In this document: in pieces, positions 19,184 to 30,122 of the stretch | How positions within the stretch are numbered: the stretch's first letter is position 1 | Layout of the letters: each line of letters starts with the position of its first letter | Assembly (NCBI GenBank): GCA_963699545.1 | Contig: CAVOUE010000003.1 | Span: 672,001-736,000, forward strand | Length of the DNA: 64,000 nt | Origin: Nitrospirota bacterium | Lineage (GTDB): Bacteria; Nitrospirota; Thermodesulfovibrionia; Thermodesulfovibrionales; UBA9159 | Reading direction: 5' to 3' | Position numbers and translations under genes: made by a program | Notes under the pieces: model-generated | The model's input: only the letters and a program-made list of their open reading frames with translations | What the model was told of the DNA's origin: nothing | Databases searched by the model: none

Positions 19184-19649
19184 ATTCCTGGGATATTCCC
19201 TGGTCCTGTTTGCTTTCGGGCATCAACTGCTGCACGGGTATGCAGCGTTACTGAGGGAGGGAATGGACCTGCTGAACCCAGATTACCATGTTCCAACCGT
19301 ATTGAAGATTTTCTCTACGGCTCCTCAATGACGATAATCGCATTCATTGCCCTTGTGCTTGCGACACCAAGGATCTCCGGCAAAAAAAAAGACAGGTGTT
19401 ATTGGTATCGGTCTTATAGCGTTCTTCCTCACCGACTGGCTGTTTATTCAGTACGTGATTTTCCCGACAGGACAACCACCGGCAAATGAAGACTCTCCAG
19501 CCTTTGAGATGTACCTGTGCGCTAAATGGATCTTGCCGTTCCTCATGTGGATAATTCCATGCTATCCGTTTCTCGGACATTTTTTTGCAACCACCAAGAA
19601 GGTTCCTGAGGATGCGATTACGGACTGCCAGAGCCGCAACGATTCTTAG
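19155..19649 (+). CDS. Exosortase-associated membrane protein (two apparent frameshifts)
   Basis: GTG overlaps the exosortase end; hydrophobic segments and IAFIALVLATP joined across frames to ORF 19347-19649. Confidence 0.5.
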
Positions 19650-19880
19650 TTTGTATCGATAATCTTCGTCTTTCTGACCAATTGATTCTGTGTAGTAGCG
19701 GGGGAAGCTAATACGGGGAAACCTTTCAGTGTAAGAAGGGCATCCGCGTGTGTAGTGCGGTCGTTACGGTAAAAGTTTCTCCACGAACTCTTGATTGACC
19801 ACGTCGGTACTCAACATTTGTTTCCGAAAGAATCTCTCACCTGTGGTAGAAAAGCGACAGTGTTAATAACAGGAAGTAGT

Positions 19881-19948
19881 CTTGCCTCTCATCTCCACCG
19901 ACTAACAACCGTGGTTCAATTAATTGCAACAATGAAGATTTCCGAGAG
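19881..19948. repeat. 68-bp dispersed repeat, copy 1
   Basis: CTTGCCTCTCATCTCCACCGAC...GAAGATTTCCGAGAG; about 57/68 identical to 23204-23271. Confidence 0.75.
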
Positions 19949-20156
19949 AAGTCTGCGGTAATAATGAGTTCGGCGGCTTAGCCGCTGAAAGATTGGTTGT
20001 GGGACCATTTTCCTATTCTCTGTTACTTATTAAGTTGTCTAAATTGTCAACATTCCATATTTGCCAGGTCTCCAAAATAGCATTCCGGAAGTTTGATAAG
20101 AAGAGAGAATTTCACTCTTTCTCATGCCTGTGTTGAGTAAGGACTTCCGACGTTTT

Positions 20157-21635
20157 TTACGTATACGCATAATCATTATACGCCAGCATTTGCAGGATCT
20201 TTGTAATTCTGTAACGCTTGCTAAAGATATTGGGCATTACTTTGATGATGAAAACAGATCGTTCCCAGTTGAGAGAAAGAAGCAGGCTGGCCATACGGAG
20301 CGCAAAAAGCAGACGATAGTGGAACTTTATAGGGTCAGCTTCATTTTGCTGAAGCCAGAAGCCCAGATCCCCGAAATATCTTAGCCTCCGATAGATCGAC
20401 TCAAAAGAGTAGATGCTCTTGTTCACCTTTTCGAATCCCGCCAGGAGCTCTTCGGGAGTCAGATTCGCCGGCTTGAAGACGACATTCTTTGTGTCATACT
20501 TACTCCAGTCTTTATGAATAATGCGTCTTTCCTCTTCAAGCCGTTTAAAGAGCTTGGTCCCCGGAAACGGGGTGAGAATGTTGATGATAGGCTCCATTAT
20601 ATGGGCCTCATCGATAAAGGCGATCAATTCATCAAAGGAGTCCCGCGTGTCGAAGTCATAACCCAAGATAAATGATCCGAGGATTAGCAGGCCGTGTGAA
20701 TGTATTTTTTCGATCGCCTCCAGATAGTTGTGCTTCATATTAACGTTCTTAGACATCGCCGACAAATTCTTTTCTGAAATGGATTCAAAGCCGATAAAAA
20801 CAGAACCGCAGCCGGCCTCTTTCATCAGTTTCATCAGATCCTCATGCCGGGAAAGATTAATTGATGCCTGACAGCCCCATTTGATATTCAGCGGTTTCAA
20901 TGCAGCAAACAACTTGCGGGCATAAGGTATGTCCGCGATGATATTATCATCAGCGAAGAATATCGCTTTCCCCTTGTTTTTATAGCGGCCGCTTGCGAGG
21001 TTCAGGGAATTGATTTCCTCTATGACCCTCTCGACCGGTTTATGCCTGATCGTCTGCCCATCAAAAGCGTGCACGGAACAGAATTCGCAATGAAAGGGAC
21101 AGCCTTTCGTAGTCTGCACGAAATCATTGATATATTTCGTACTATCGAGTTGTGACCTGTCCGGAGGCTGAGCGGCAGCTAAATCTGCAAGCCCATCAGC
21201 CTTATAAGTCCTCTTTAGGGCGCCTCGTTGGGCGTCCTCGACGAGTTTCAGCCAAACCTTCTCAGCCTCACCGATTACAACGGCATCGCAGTAGAGGATC
21301 GCCTCTTCCGGGCACATGGAAGGGTGTATTCCTCCCAACACCGTCCTGGCCCCGCCCTTCCGAAAAGTTTCCGATATCTCATAGGCCCTCTTGGCATGCA
21401 TTGTCCTCACGCTTATGCCGACCAAGTCCGGTTTCCACCCGTAATCAATATCTTCTATGTTTTCGTCGAAAACCCTTAGGGTGTGTCCATGAGGCGTTAA
21501 AGAAATCAGGGCAGGTATTGAAAGCATATAGGAGTAATATTTTCTTGAGCACAGGAATTTGGAAAAGAATTTGTAATCGTAATAACTCTTTTCTTTTTCA
21601 GAGAAATTCTTGGGCATAACAAATGCTATTTTCAC
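20157..21635 (-). CDS. B12-binding radical SAM protein
   Basis: VLGGIHPS, VVIGEAE, KGCPFHCEFC, DDN, GFES. Confidence 0.9.
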   Translation of the reverse strand: MKIAFVMPKNFSEKEKSYYDYKFFSKFLCSRKYYSYMLSIPALISLTPHGHTLRVFDENIEDIDYGWKPDLVGISVRTMHAKRAYEISETFRKGGARTVLGGIHPSMCPEEAILYCDAVVIGEAEKVWLKLVEDAQRGALKRTYKADGLADLAAAQPPDRSQLDSTKYINDFVQTTKGCPFHCEFCSVHAFDGQTIRHKPVERVIEEINSLNLASGRYKNKGKAIFFADDNIIADIPYARKLFAALKPLNIKWGCQASINLSRHEDLMKLMKEAGCGSVFIGFESISEKNLSAMSKNVNMKHNYLEAIEKIHSHGLLILGSFILGYDFDTRDSFDELIAFIDEAHIMEPIINILTPFPGTKLFKRLEEERRIIHKDWSKYDTKNVVFKPANLTPEELLAGFEKVNKSIYSFESIYRRLRYFGDLGFWLQQNEADPIKFHYRLLFALRMASLLLSLNWERSVFIIKVMPNIFSKRYRITKILQMLAYNDYAYT

Positions 21636-21873
21636 AATGAGCTCATCCCCTCATGCAATATTTAGGCTCGCAGCATTATGGAAACACACTCTTAACGTAG
21701 CGCATCTGCGCCATGTCGGTCAAGGAGAATGCCTTTATCTAACCCACCCTCCACTGAAGCCTCGTAAGGACCACCATGATTTACACACACTGCATTGCCA
21801 TTTCTCCTGAAGTCTCTACTAATGAACGCTTTTTCAGGAAGATTGGAATGAACGATTAAAGATAGAAATCTAA

Positions 21874-23139
21874 TCAGAAAGAGCTGCCTGTTTCTTCCCC
21901 GACATCGGGGTCAGAAAAGAGAAACGATTCATGTGCGATAACACAGTTCTTCCCCTCAGACTTCGCTCGATACAGGGACTCATCAGCGAGTTTTATTACA
22001 TCCTTTATAGAACGTGCATCAAATGGAAAACATGCTATACCACCGCTTATGGATACACAACCACGAGGTTGCTTTTCCCTGTGAGGAAAAGGATGGACTG
22101 CGATAGTTTCCCTCAAGCGCTCGGCATAGATTATGGCATCTACTTTCGCAATCCCGGGGAGGATAACGATGAACTCCTCACCTCCGTATCGTGCGGCAAC
22201 CGATCCCTTCCGCGTAGCGCTGAGCACCAAGCTGCCCAGTTCCTTTAGAAGTTCGTCCCCTGCGGCGTGGCCGTTTTTATCGTTATAGTTCTTGAAGTCG
22301 TCAATGTCAAAGAGAAAGATCGAGATTGGGGTGTTGCTTTCCATAATAGACTTCTCCACAAAGACCTGGGCCATCTGGAAGAAATGCCGGCGGTTGCTCA
22401 GACCGGTCAACGGGTCAGTATTCGCATCCCGCTCTGCCTCTCCGATGATTGAACGATTCACAAGCACCATGCCACCTATATCCGCAATAATCTTCATCAA
22501 GTTGTTTTCATTGCCGGTGGGGTTTTTGACCTGTCCGATGGCAATAACACCAAAAAGACGACCACCTATATCAATCGGAGCTGCCATCCAGAGTTGCGAG
22601 CGAGTGTCTTGCTGACTGATATGTCCCTTATCGTCACGCCCTCTGATTTTCACCATGCCGTCCCGGGCCGCCATCCCTACTATTCCTTCTCCCAACGAAT
22701 AAGAGACTTGCTCCTCATCCTTCTGACCGTGAGCACCCAATTTCTTTAGCTGGTTGTCTTCTATGTCAAATCTATAGAGATCAACCGTGTCCGTCAAGAT
22801 AAGATCACGCACGAGATTAAGAATAGTTGAGATAACTTCGTCAGACTTCGCCGTGTTCAACCGATGGATAATGGCTGATACTTTCCCCATGAAGGTCAGA
22901 TAGCGGCGGTTGAGGTTATTGACATTATGTATTTCGTCTCGAAGATTTTGAATCTCTTCGTCCCTGGAAAGTATGTCCTTTTGAAAAGCTTGACGCTGCT
23001 TCTTGTTGTCAGTTTGCTCTTGCTCTCTGCGACTGGTTAGCTTGCCTCTGCGGTAAGCCACAACACCTACGACAACCATACCGATTATTGCCAAAATGAG
23101 CATAATTCCAGACAAATCATACATATTCATGCTCTCCAT
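21874..23139 (-). CDS. Membrane-anchored GAF-GGDEF diguanylate cyclase
   Basis: N-terminal TM helix, coiled coil, DPLTGL, DIDDFK..ND..GH..GD, RYGGEEF. Confidence 0.9.
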   Translation of the reverse strand: MESMNMYDLSGIMLILAIIGMVVVGVVAYRRGKLTSRREQEQTDNKKQRQAFQKDILSRDEEIQNLRDEIHNVNNLNRRYLTFMGKVSAIIHRLNTAKSDEVISTILNLVRDLILTDTVDLYRFDIEDNQLKKLGAHGQKDEEQVSYSLGEGIVGMAARDGMVKIRGRDDKGHISQQDTRSQLWMAAPIDIGGRLFGVIAIGQVKNPTGNENNLMKIIADIGGMVLVNRSIIGEAERDANTDPLTGLSNRRHFFQMAQVFVEKSIMESNTPISIFLFDIDDFKNYNDKNGHAAGDELLKELGSLVLSATRKGSVAARYGGEEFIVILPGIAKVDAIIYAERLRETIAVHPFPHREKQPRGCVSISGGIACFPFDARSIKDVIKLADESLYRAKSEGKNCVIAHESFLFSDPDVGEETGSSF

Positions 23140-23203
23140 CAATAATAAAGTATCACAGTCGATGTCGCTTTCTCAAATATAATATTTTGTATTCTTAACC
23201 AAC

Positions 23204-23271
23204 CTTGCCTCTCATCTCCACCGACAAACAGACGTGATGCAATCAATTTCAGCAGTGAAGATTCCCGTGAG
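23204..23271. repeat. 68-bp dispersed repeat, copy 2
   Basis: CTTGCCTCTCATCTCCACCGAC...GAAGATTCCCGTGAG, followed by the hairpin GCGGCTGAGCCGC. Confidence 0.75.
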
Positions 23272-23295
23272 CACTGCGCGGCTGAGCCGCTTTCG

Positions 23296-24585
23296 TCACG
23301 GAAAACGCTGAAGCGCGAGCGCGTACGCCAGGTTCAGGGGCAAGGTCCAAAACAACCCGACCGGGGAACGGGACAGGCGCCTGTGCACGCTCTTCCATGA
23401 GTAGAATCGCCTGTTCGCGTGCTGATAGCCGGCCAGGAGTTCCTCCGGGCTCATCTGCCTGGGCCGGAAGACCACATCCGCCCGGCCATTGTACTTGCTC
23501 CAGTCGCGCGTAAGGATCCTGCCCTCTGCCTCCAGGCGTTGGTACAGCCTGGTCCCTGGAAATGGCGTCAGGATATTGAACGTCGCGTTCTGTACTCCTG
23601 CCCCCTCGAGGAAGTCGAGCGTTTCGCCGAAGATTGCTTGCGTGTCATTGTCGAAGCCAAAGATGATACCCGCCTGCACCGCTATACCATGGGAATGGAT
23701 CCGCTCTATCGCCCGGGCGTAGTCGGTCACGCGATTGAAGCCTTTTCGGACCTCGTCCACGCTGGCTTGCGAGATCGATTCCAGTCCGACGAACAGCTGC
23801 TTGCAGCCGCTTCGAGCGGCCAACTCCAGGAACTCGTCGTCCTGAGCCGCGTGAATGCTCGCCTGGCTGCTCCACCACTTGCGATGGTGAGCAAGGGCCC
23901 TGAAGAGCGTCTTGGCGTACTCCATGTCGCCCGCGATGTTGTCATCCCACAGGATGATGACCTTGCCCTGGAAGGAGCCGTACTCTTGAGCGACGGCCTC
24001 CACGGGCCGCTTGCGCACGCGGCTCTGATACATGACGGCGAGCGTGCAGAAATCGCAACGGTGCGCACAGCCGCGCGTGGCAAAGAGGACTCCCCCCGTA
24101 TGGTCGCGGCGGTGAAACAGGTCTTTCCGCGACATCGGAGCCTGTTCCAGGGTTGGGGGCTCGGCAGCACAGTAGCGCCGGCCATGCCGTCCAGCCTCAA
24201 AGTCAATGAGGAACTGTGGCCAGTGGGGTTCGGCTTCTCCGACAAAGATCACGTCAGCGTGCGCCTGGGCCTCCTCCGGCATCAACGTCACATGCGGCCC
24301 GCCGAGCACTACCGAGATTCCCTGGTGACGGAACCGGGCCGCCAGGGCATACGCGTGGGGCGCGCTCGGGGTGTGGAAGGTGATTGCCACCAGGTCCGGC
24401 CGCGCCGCGAAATCGACAGGTCTCACCGCCTCATCGATGTGGAGCACGGTCCAATGTGGCGGCGCGAAGGCGGCCAGATACGGCATGGTGATCTGCTGAA
24501 AGTTCAGGACACGGGAACGACGAACTTTCCGGATTTCCGGTGATGAAGCGGTGATCAGAAGGAGGGTTCGCGCTGCAGCGGACAA
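23296..24585 (-). CDS. B12-binding radical SAM protein (GC-rich; start uncertain)
   Basis: VLGGPHVT, VGEAE, RGCAHRCDFC, DDN, GLES. Confidence 0.88.
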   Translation of the reverse strand: MSAAARTLLLITASSPEIRKVRRSRVLNFQQITMPYLAAFAPPHWTVLHIDEAVRPVDFAARPDLVAITFHTPSAPHAYALAARFRHQGISVVLGGPHVTLMPEEAQAHADVIFVGEAEPHWPQFLIDFEAGRHGRRYCAAEPPTLEQAPMSRKDLFHRRDHTGGVLFATRGCAHRCDFCTLAVMYQSRVRKRPVEAVAQEYGSFQGKVIILWDDNIAGDMEYAKTLFRALAHHRKWWSSQASIHAAQDDEFLELAARSGCKQLFVGLESISQASVDEVRKGFNRVTDYARAIERIHSHGIAVQAGIIFGFDNDTQAIFGETLDFLEGAGVQNATFNILTPFPGTRLYQRLEAEGRILTRDWSKYNGRADVVFRPRQMSPEELLAGYQHANRRFYSWKSVHRRLSRSPVGLFWTLPLNLAYALALQRFP

Positions 24586-24597
24586 ACCTGCCCTCTG

Positions 24598-25098
24598 TCA
24601 GAAGGCTTTTTTGGATTTCGGTATCTTGCTTCTCCTGAACTCCCCGCTTCTTCCGCCGCGCTTTTCCATAAGCATGATGTCCGAGATGACCATCTCTTTA
24701 TCCACCGCCTTACACATGTCGTAGACGGTCAAAGCCGCAACTGATACTGCGGTCAACGCCTCCATCTCGACCCCTGTCTGGCCCACGGTTTTTACTGTTG
24801 CCACGATATCCATCCTGCTCTTCTCTTCATGGATGGTCATATCAACGGCCACCGAAGTGATGGAGAGGGGATGACACAGGGGGACAAGCTCCGCCGTCTT
24901 CTTTGCGGCCATGATGCCGGCAATTCTTGCAGCCGACATCACATCCCCCTTGGGGACCGCTCCGTCCTTTATGAGCTTTATCGTCAAGGGCTTCATTGAG
25001 ACGCTGCCCTTTGCCACCGCCTCCCGTTCGGTTGCGGCTTTCTCAGAGACATCTACCATCCTTGCTTTTCCCTGTTTATCGAGGTGTGAAAGCCTCAT
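24598..25098 (-). CDS. moaC: Cyclic pyranopterin monophosphate synthase
   Basis: [29 protein letters not shown]. Confidence 0.96.
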   Translation of the reverse strand: MRLSHLDKQGKARMVDVSEKAATEREAVAKGSVSMKPLTIKLIKDGAVPKGDVMSAARIAGIMAAKKTAELVPLCHPLSITSVAVDMTIHEEKSRMDIVATVKTVGQTGVEMEALTAVSVAALTVYDMCKAVDKEMVISDIMLMEKRGGRSGEFRRSKIPKSKKAF

Positions 25099-25099
25099 C

Positions 25100-26086
25100 T
25101 TATCCCCCGATCCTCGACATTGGTCTCAATGACCCGGGAAATCCCGCCCTGCGGTTGAGGGCATGTCCTTCAGGCTTCACTTCTATCGATAATTTGAGGA
25201 GACGTTCTATCTCTTCATCGGATGATGAACCTCTGAGAGCGGGTTTCAGATCGATCTCGGTTTCAGAGAAGAGGCATGGCCTCAATTTGCCGTCGGCGGT
25301 GATGCGAAGGCGGTTGCAGTCGGCGCAGAAGTGGTGAGTCAATGCGCTGATGAACCCTATGACGCCGGGCGCGTTTTTGATCCGGTAGTACCGCGCAGGA
25401 CCGTCCCTCCTCAGTCTGACCGGCGAGAGGCTCCCCATCTTCTCAACCCGCGCTTTTATCTCATCAGTTGAAATATATCGCTCATCGCTCCACAGGTCTC
25501 CAGCACCTATGGGCATGAATTCGATAAATCTCACCTGGCAGGGGGTATTCAGGGTCAACCCGGCAAATGCCTCGATTTCGTCATCATTCAAGCCTCGTAT
25601 CGGCACCATGTTGATCTTCAGGGGGAGCAATCCGGCTTTTTCCGCTGCCTCTATCCCCCTCATCACCGGAGCGATCTCCCCTCCTCTTGTCATCTCCCTG
25701 TACCGTTCCTGCTTGAGGGAGTCAAGGCTGATATTCACCCTGTTCAGACCCGCGTCTGCCAGCTCCTTTGCATACTTTTCGAGGAGCACTCCGTTGGTGG
25801 TGAGGCTCATGTCCTCGATGCCGGTGATCTTTCTCAGGGAAGCGATGAGATAGGTGACATTCTTCCGCGCGAGGGGCTCTCCCCCGGTGATCCTGATCTT
25901 TCTGACCCCGAGTGCTGCCGCAACTCCCACGACTCTCACGATCTCTTCGTACGTGAGTATCTCTTTGTGCTCCACGGGCATGACACCGCTGTCGGGCATG
26001 CAGTAGACACACCTGAGGTTGCACCTGTCGGTGATGGAGATACGCATGTAGTCGATAACGCGGGAGAAATTATCACGGAGTTTCAT
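25100..26086 (-). CDS. moaA: GTP 3',8-cyclase
   Basis: [24 protein letters not shown]-terminal IGG. Confidence 0.96.
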   Translation of the reverse strand: MKLRDNFSRVIDYMRISITDRCNLRCVYCMPDSGVMPVEHKEILTYEEIVRVVGVAAALGVRKIRITGGEPLARKNVTYLIASLRKITGIEDMSLTTNGVLLEKYAKELADAGLNRVNISLDSLKQERYREMTRGGEIAPVMRGIEAAEKAGLLPLKINMVPIRGLNDDEIEAFAGLTLNTPCQVRFIEFMPIGAGDLWSDERYISTDEIKARVEKMGSLSPVRLRRDGPARYYRIKNAPGVIGFISALTHHFCADCNRLRITADGKLRPCLFSETEIDLKPALRGSSSDEEIERLLKLSIEVKPEGHALNRRAGFPGSLRPMSRIGG

Positions 26087-26261
26087 GCTTGATTGTAACC
26101 CATTTAGGGAAAATTAACACCTGCCGTGGAAAATCCCGGGCACGAATACCTGGACACTGAACGGTATCAACCCAGGAGAAATCAAAACGGTCTTGAACGT
26201 TTTGATCGTGGGTCTGTTCAGGGTTCAGCGGTTCGCATTAAGGATCTGATCCCTTAAATCC

Positions 26262-27171
26262 TTACCGCGTTCCCTTCTTTGCCGGCTTTTTGTCGATCTC
26301 GGCCTTCTTGTTCTTTGCCATCGGAGCTTCCCGGGAATCAGGGTATTTTTCAATGATCTTGTCGAAGATGACCTTTGCGGTCTTCTTATCGCCCAGCTCC
26401 ATAAAGGACAGACCCTGTTTGTAAAGGGCTCCGGAGTATCTTGTCGTTGCGGGGATAGCTTTTGATAAGGCTTTCGTAAGACAGTATGGCGTTTTCGAAA
26501 TCCTTCTCGGCAAAATACGCTTCCCCTATCCAGAAATGGGCATTGCCCACGAGGCCGTCCTTGGGATACTTGGCGATAAGGGCATTGAATTTTTCCCTTG
26601 CCGCTTTATATTTTTTCCCTTTAAAGGACGTATATGCGGACTCGTAGAGCGCCGCAGGGCTGTTGTCTTCGGTCTTCTTCGCAACAGAAGCTTTTTCGCC
26701 GTTCTCTTCCGGCGATGGTCCCTGCTCGGCAACGGGAGGTTTTGTATCGCCGGACCTTGCGGAAAGCTCCTTCACACGCGCATCGAGGCTGCTGATCTGG
26801 GATCTCAACAGTTCCCGCTCCAAGGAACTCTCTTTCATCGTCTTGTCCATAAAGAACTTGTACTCGTCAAACCTGCCCCGCAGCACCTGAAGCTCCCTCG
26901 ACTGTTCGTTCACCTGGGAATAGAGGGATGCCTGACTTTCCCGGAGAGCGTTAAAGGAATCCTCTCTTACGGTCCCGCTTGTCTGCTTCCTGAGGTCAGC
27001 GGTCTCTTTTTTCAGTTCAAGGTTCTCCCTTTTCAGCTGGTTCATTTCTCCTCTGGTAGCGTTGAGATCGCCTGTGGAAGCACATCCCATAAGCATGACG
27101 AGGGAGAACGCCAACAGAAGTGCAGCGTGGAGCGCATGGCGCGGGAATCTGAAATCAACCATGTGTGGCAT
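26262..27171 (-). CDS. cpoB: Tol-Pal TPR protein CpoB/YbgF (frameshift near 26435)
   Basis: Lipoprotein-like signal, coiled coil, NAHFWIGEAYF TPR; follows pal. Confidence 0.85.
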
Positions 27172-27172
27172 C

Positions 27173-27724
27173 TCATCTCCCCTTCAGGATCACAAAATGT
27201 CCCCTTCTGTTCTTCGCCCAGCAATCTTCCGTATGTTCGCCGCAGACCGCTTTTTCCTTCCCGTAACTGATGGTATCGATGCGGGACGAAGGAACGCCCA
27301 GGGAAACGAGGAAGTCCTTTACCGACTTTGCCCTCTTGTCTCCCAGACCGAGGTTGTATTCCGATGTGCCCCTGTTGTCACAATGACCCTCGATAAGAAC
27401 CTTCTGCGCGGTGTTCTTCCTGAGATGGTCGGCAACCGCCTTTAACGTCGGTCTCGCATCTTCCCGCACGTCATACTTATCATAATCAAAATAAATGTCC
27501 TTGAACATGCCCGATATCTCATCAAACTTTGAACGGATATCCTTTGATTCGACCTTGGCCATCTGCTGTTCCGTGATCTTTTCCTGAGCCTTTCTGGATT
27601 CCTCGAATGTCTGCGCCTGCGACGGCTGCATTTCCTGGGGCTGCGCAGGCACCACGGCCTTCCGCTCTGCACACCCGAATGCCGCGAACCCAAGGATTAC
27701 TGCCAGGACTAAGAATCGTCTCAT
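27173..27724 (-). CDS. pal: Peptidoglycan-associated lipoprotein
   Basis: IYFDYDK, IEGHCDNRGTSEYNLGLG, ISYGKEK, KNRR. Confidence 0.95.
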   Translation of the reverse strand: MRRFLVLAVILGFAAFGCAERKAVVPAQPQEMQPSQAQTFEESRKAQEKITEQQMAKVESKDIRSKFDEISGMFKDIYFDYDKYDVREDARPTLKAVADHLRKNTAQKVLIEGHCDNRGTSEYNLGLGDKRAKSVKDFLVSLGVPSSRIDTISYGKEKAVCGEHTEDCWAKNRRGHFVILKGR

Positions 27725-27742
27725 TGCGAAATCCTCCCTTAG

Positions 27743-29041
27743 TTAATTTGGTGACCAGCGAGGGCCAAAGACCCTCAACCCCTTCGGGGTTATCCTCTTC
27801 TGGGCCTCTCCGTTCGCCCTCATTACATACACCGCTTTTTCACCGTCCCTGTCCGATGAAAATACTATATACCTCCCGTCCGGAGAAAAGGAAGGGTCTT
27901 CGTTGTTTCCCCTGTCGGTCAGTTGTGTAATTCCGGAGCCGTCGGGACTGATGGTGAACACCTGGTTCTTCCCTCCCTGTCGCCCCGAGAACACGATCTT
28001 GTCTCCTCTGGGGAGACCACGAGGGAGAGGTGTTATAAGAACCGTTGAATGTGAGTCTCCTTTCGTTGCGGCCATCCCTGCCCATGATGAAGAGCTGCGG
28101 AGTCCCATCCCTGTCGGAGATAAAGCATATCTGGCTGGCGTCAGGGGCAAGGGTGGGAGATACCTCTATCCCCCGCGAAGAGGTGAGGCGGGAAACCTTT
28201 GATCCCGAGATCCGGTAGGTGTAAAGGTCCTGACTTCCGTTCATGGAAGACGAGAAGATGAACTCGTCCGGGTCGGGGAAAAAATCGCCGGCGAGGTTCG
28301 TCCCTTTGGAAGAGAAAACCGCTGCTTCGGACATCTTCCTGAAGTCCAGCAGATAAATCCCCCACTGCCTGCTCCTTTCTGATGAGTAGATGAGCCGGGA
28401 GCCGTCCTTTGACCAGCGCGGTGAGAGGATAACATTCCCCTTTATGCCGAGGTTCGTCGCCCTGTGACCGTCCCAGTCGGCCAGGTAAATATTGTCTTCT
28501 CCTCCCTTCCGTGCGACATAAGCGACCCTCGTCCTGAAAATGCCTGACTCGCCGGTCATCTGCTTGTAGATATCGTTTGCGATGGTGTGTGCCAGGGGAC
28601 GGAGAAGCGATGCATCGGTCTGGTATTCTTTCCTGAATATCTCTCTTCCCTCCAGGGCGTCATAGAGGGAAGACCGTTGCCACGAGGTTCCTGGTCCCGC
28701 TGACCATTCCCTTTACCACGGCCTCTGCGCCTATCACCGTCCAGTTCTTTGCGTTAAAGGGATGGGAGGGAGGCTCGATGAATGCGTTCCTGTCAAGGCA
28801 GAGGAATATCCCCGTGAAGTCGAGATCGTCCTTTATTATGTCGGATATTTCCCTGCCCGCAGTCCCCCCGAATTCGGAGACAGCGATCGGGAGTCTCTTG
28901 ACCGCGGGAGAACGCGATGTCGATGTAGACCTTTGCTTCGGCAACAGTGAAAAGTGACAGGTGAAGAACGACAAACAGACAATATGCAAGAATGTTTTGC
29001 ACCGTTAACCTGTAGCCCGCACCTTGTACCTTTTTCATCAC
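27743..29041 (-). CDS. tolB: TolB beta-propeller (about three apparent frameshifts)
   Basis: DLDFTGIF, TGESGIFRTRVAYV, repeated PSWSP/PSFSPDG PD40 motifs across overlapping ORFs. Confidence 0.88.
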
Positions 29042-29724
29042 GGATAAAATCTCACTCCTATCTCCATCTCATACGGCGGCGGGGTGACCGGACTTGCCTT
29101 GGCGATGGCCCTGAGCGCAGAGCGGTCAAAAAGGCCGTTGCCCGAGGATTTCTCTATCCGGGTGACCTGCACAAAGCCGTCTTTCATGATCCTGATGGAG
29201 ATGACCGCTTCGAGGTTCTTGTTCGATGTCTCGGGGAATACCCAGTTCTGCCATATAGCCTTTGTCACCTTCGCATAGTAGTCGTCTGCGGGAACGCCTG
29301 TGGGAACGCCTCCACCTTTCCCTTCTGTGCCCCTGGAAGCCGGCTTCCCCTCGCTGCTGCCTTTCAGAGAAATTATATTCCTCAGTTCCGCAAGTTTCTT
29401 TATTTTCTTCTTGGCCTCCAGCGCCGCTATTTGCTCCGATACATGCTTTTCCTGTGCTTTGCTGACGGCTTTTGTTTTCTGAGGAGCGCTTTTTGTCTCT
29501 TTTGTCTCTTTCGTCATTGCCGGAGCCTGCGTTCTGGTCTGTTCGACTGCCTGTGTGTCGCTCTTCCCTTCAGGTTTTCCTTCAGACCCTACAAGACTCA
29601 CCACATAGGGAGAGGGCATCATGAACCGGCTTGACTGTTTTACCGCAAAGAACACTGCCAGGAAGAAGCTGAGGTGAAAGACGAGGGAGAGAACCGTTAG
29701 CCGCTGTAGGGAAGGCCCGCTCAT
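29038..29724 (-). CDS. tolA: TolA/TonB C-terminal domain protein
   Basis: N-terminal TM with SLVFH; SSGNGLFDRSALRAI; position between tolR and tolB. Confidence 0.8.
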   Translation of the reverse strand: MSGPSLQRLTVLSLVFHLSFFLAVFFAVKQSSRFMMPSPYVVSLVGSEGKPEGKSDTQAVEQTRTQAPAMTKETKETKSAPQKTKAVSKAQEKHVSEQIAALEAKKKIKKLAELRNIISLKGSSEGKPASRGTEGKGGGVPTGVPADDYYAKVTKAIWQNWVFPETSNKNLEAVISIRIMKDGFVQVTRIEKSSGNGLFDRSALRAIAKASPVTPPPYEMEIGVRFYP

Positions 29725-30122
29725 TTCGTGATGATCGCTGGTTCCGTCACCATGCCCAGTTTCTCTATCCCCGCCTCCTTTATCTCGCCCATAACCTCCA
29801 CCACAAAACCATAAGGGACATCCTTGTCCGCCTTCAGGAATACACTGGGATTCATCTTGCTTATGGCCTGAAGTTTCTGCCTCATAGCCGCTATGGATAC
29901 GGGGGTCTCGTTCATATAGACCTTCATATCCCTCTTTATCACAAGGGCGATCCGTTCCTCGGGCGGCATATCCTTCCCTTTTGCCTTGGGGAGATTCACA
30001 TCGATCCCCTGCTGAAGCAGGGGAGCAGTCACCATGAAGATGATGAGCAGCACCAGCATGACATCCACAAGGGGAGTCACGTTGATCTCCGACATCACTC
30101 CCTTGTCTCTCTCGACCTTCAC
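29721..30122 (-). CDS. tolR: TolR
   Basis: EINVTPLVDVMLVLLIIFMVTAP. Confidence 0.92.
   Translation of the reverse strand: MKVERDKGVMSEINVTPLVDVMLVLLIIFMVTAPLLQQGIDVNLPKAKGKDMPPEERIALVIKRDMKVYMNETPVSIAAMRQKLQAISKMNPSVFLKADKDVPYGFVVEVMGEIKEAGIEKLGMVTEPAIITK

Noticed and set aside
19695-19765. Possible c-di-GMP-II riboswitch (GGAAGCTAAT...GGGCATC...GTAGTGC)
   Set aside because: Only scattered motif similarity, the pairing does not fit, and no plus-strand gene follows.
21874-23139. GGDEF protein as the cGAMP synthase for the A20 riboswitch
   Set aside because: The signature residue is Asp (GHAAGDEL), not the Ser of Hypr GGDEFs.
23419-24543. Long antisense ORFs (also 8299-8976, 9133-9804, 26536-27270 and others)
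   Set aside because: Shadows of GC-rich genes on the opposite strand, with no recognisable motifs.
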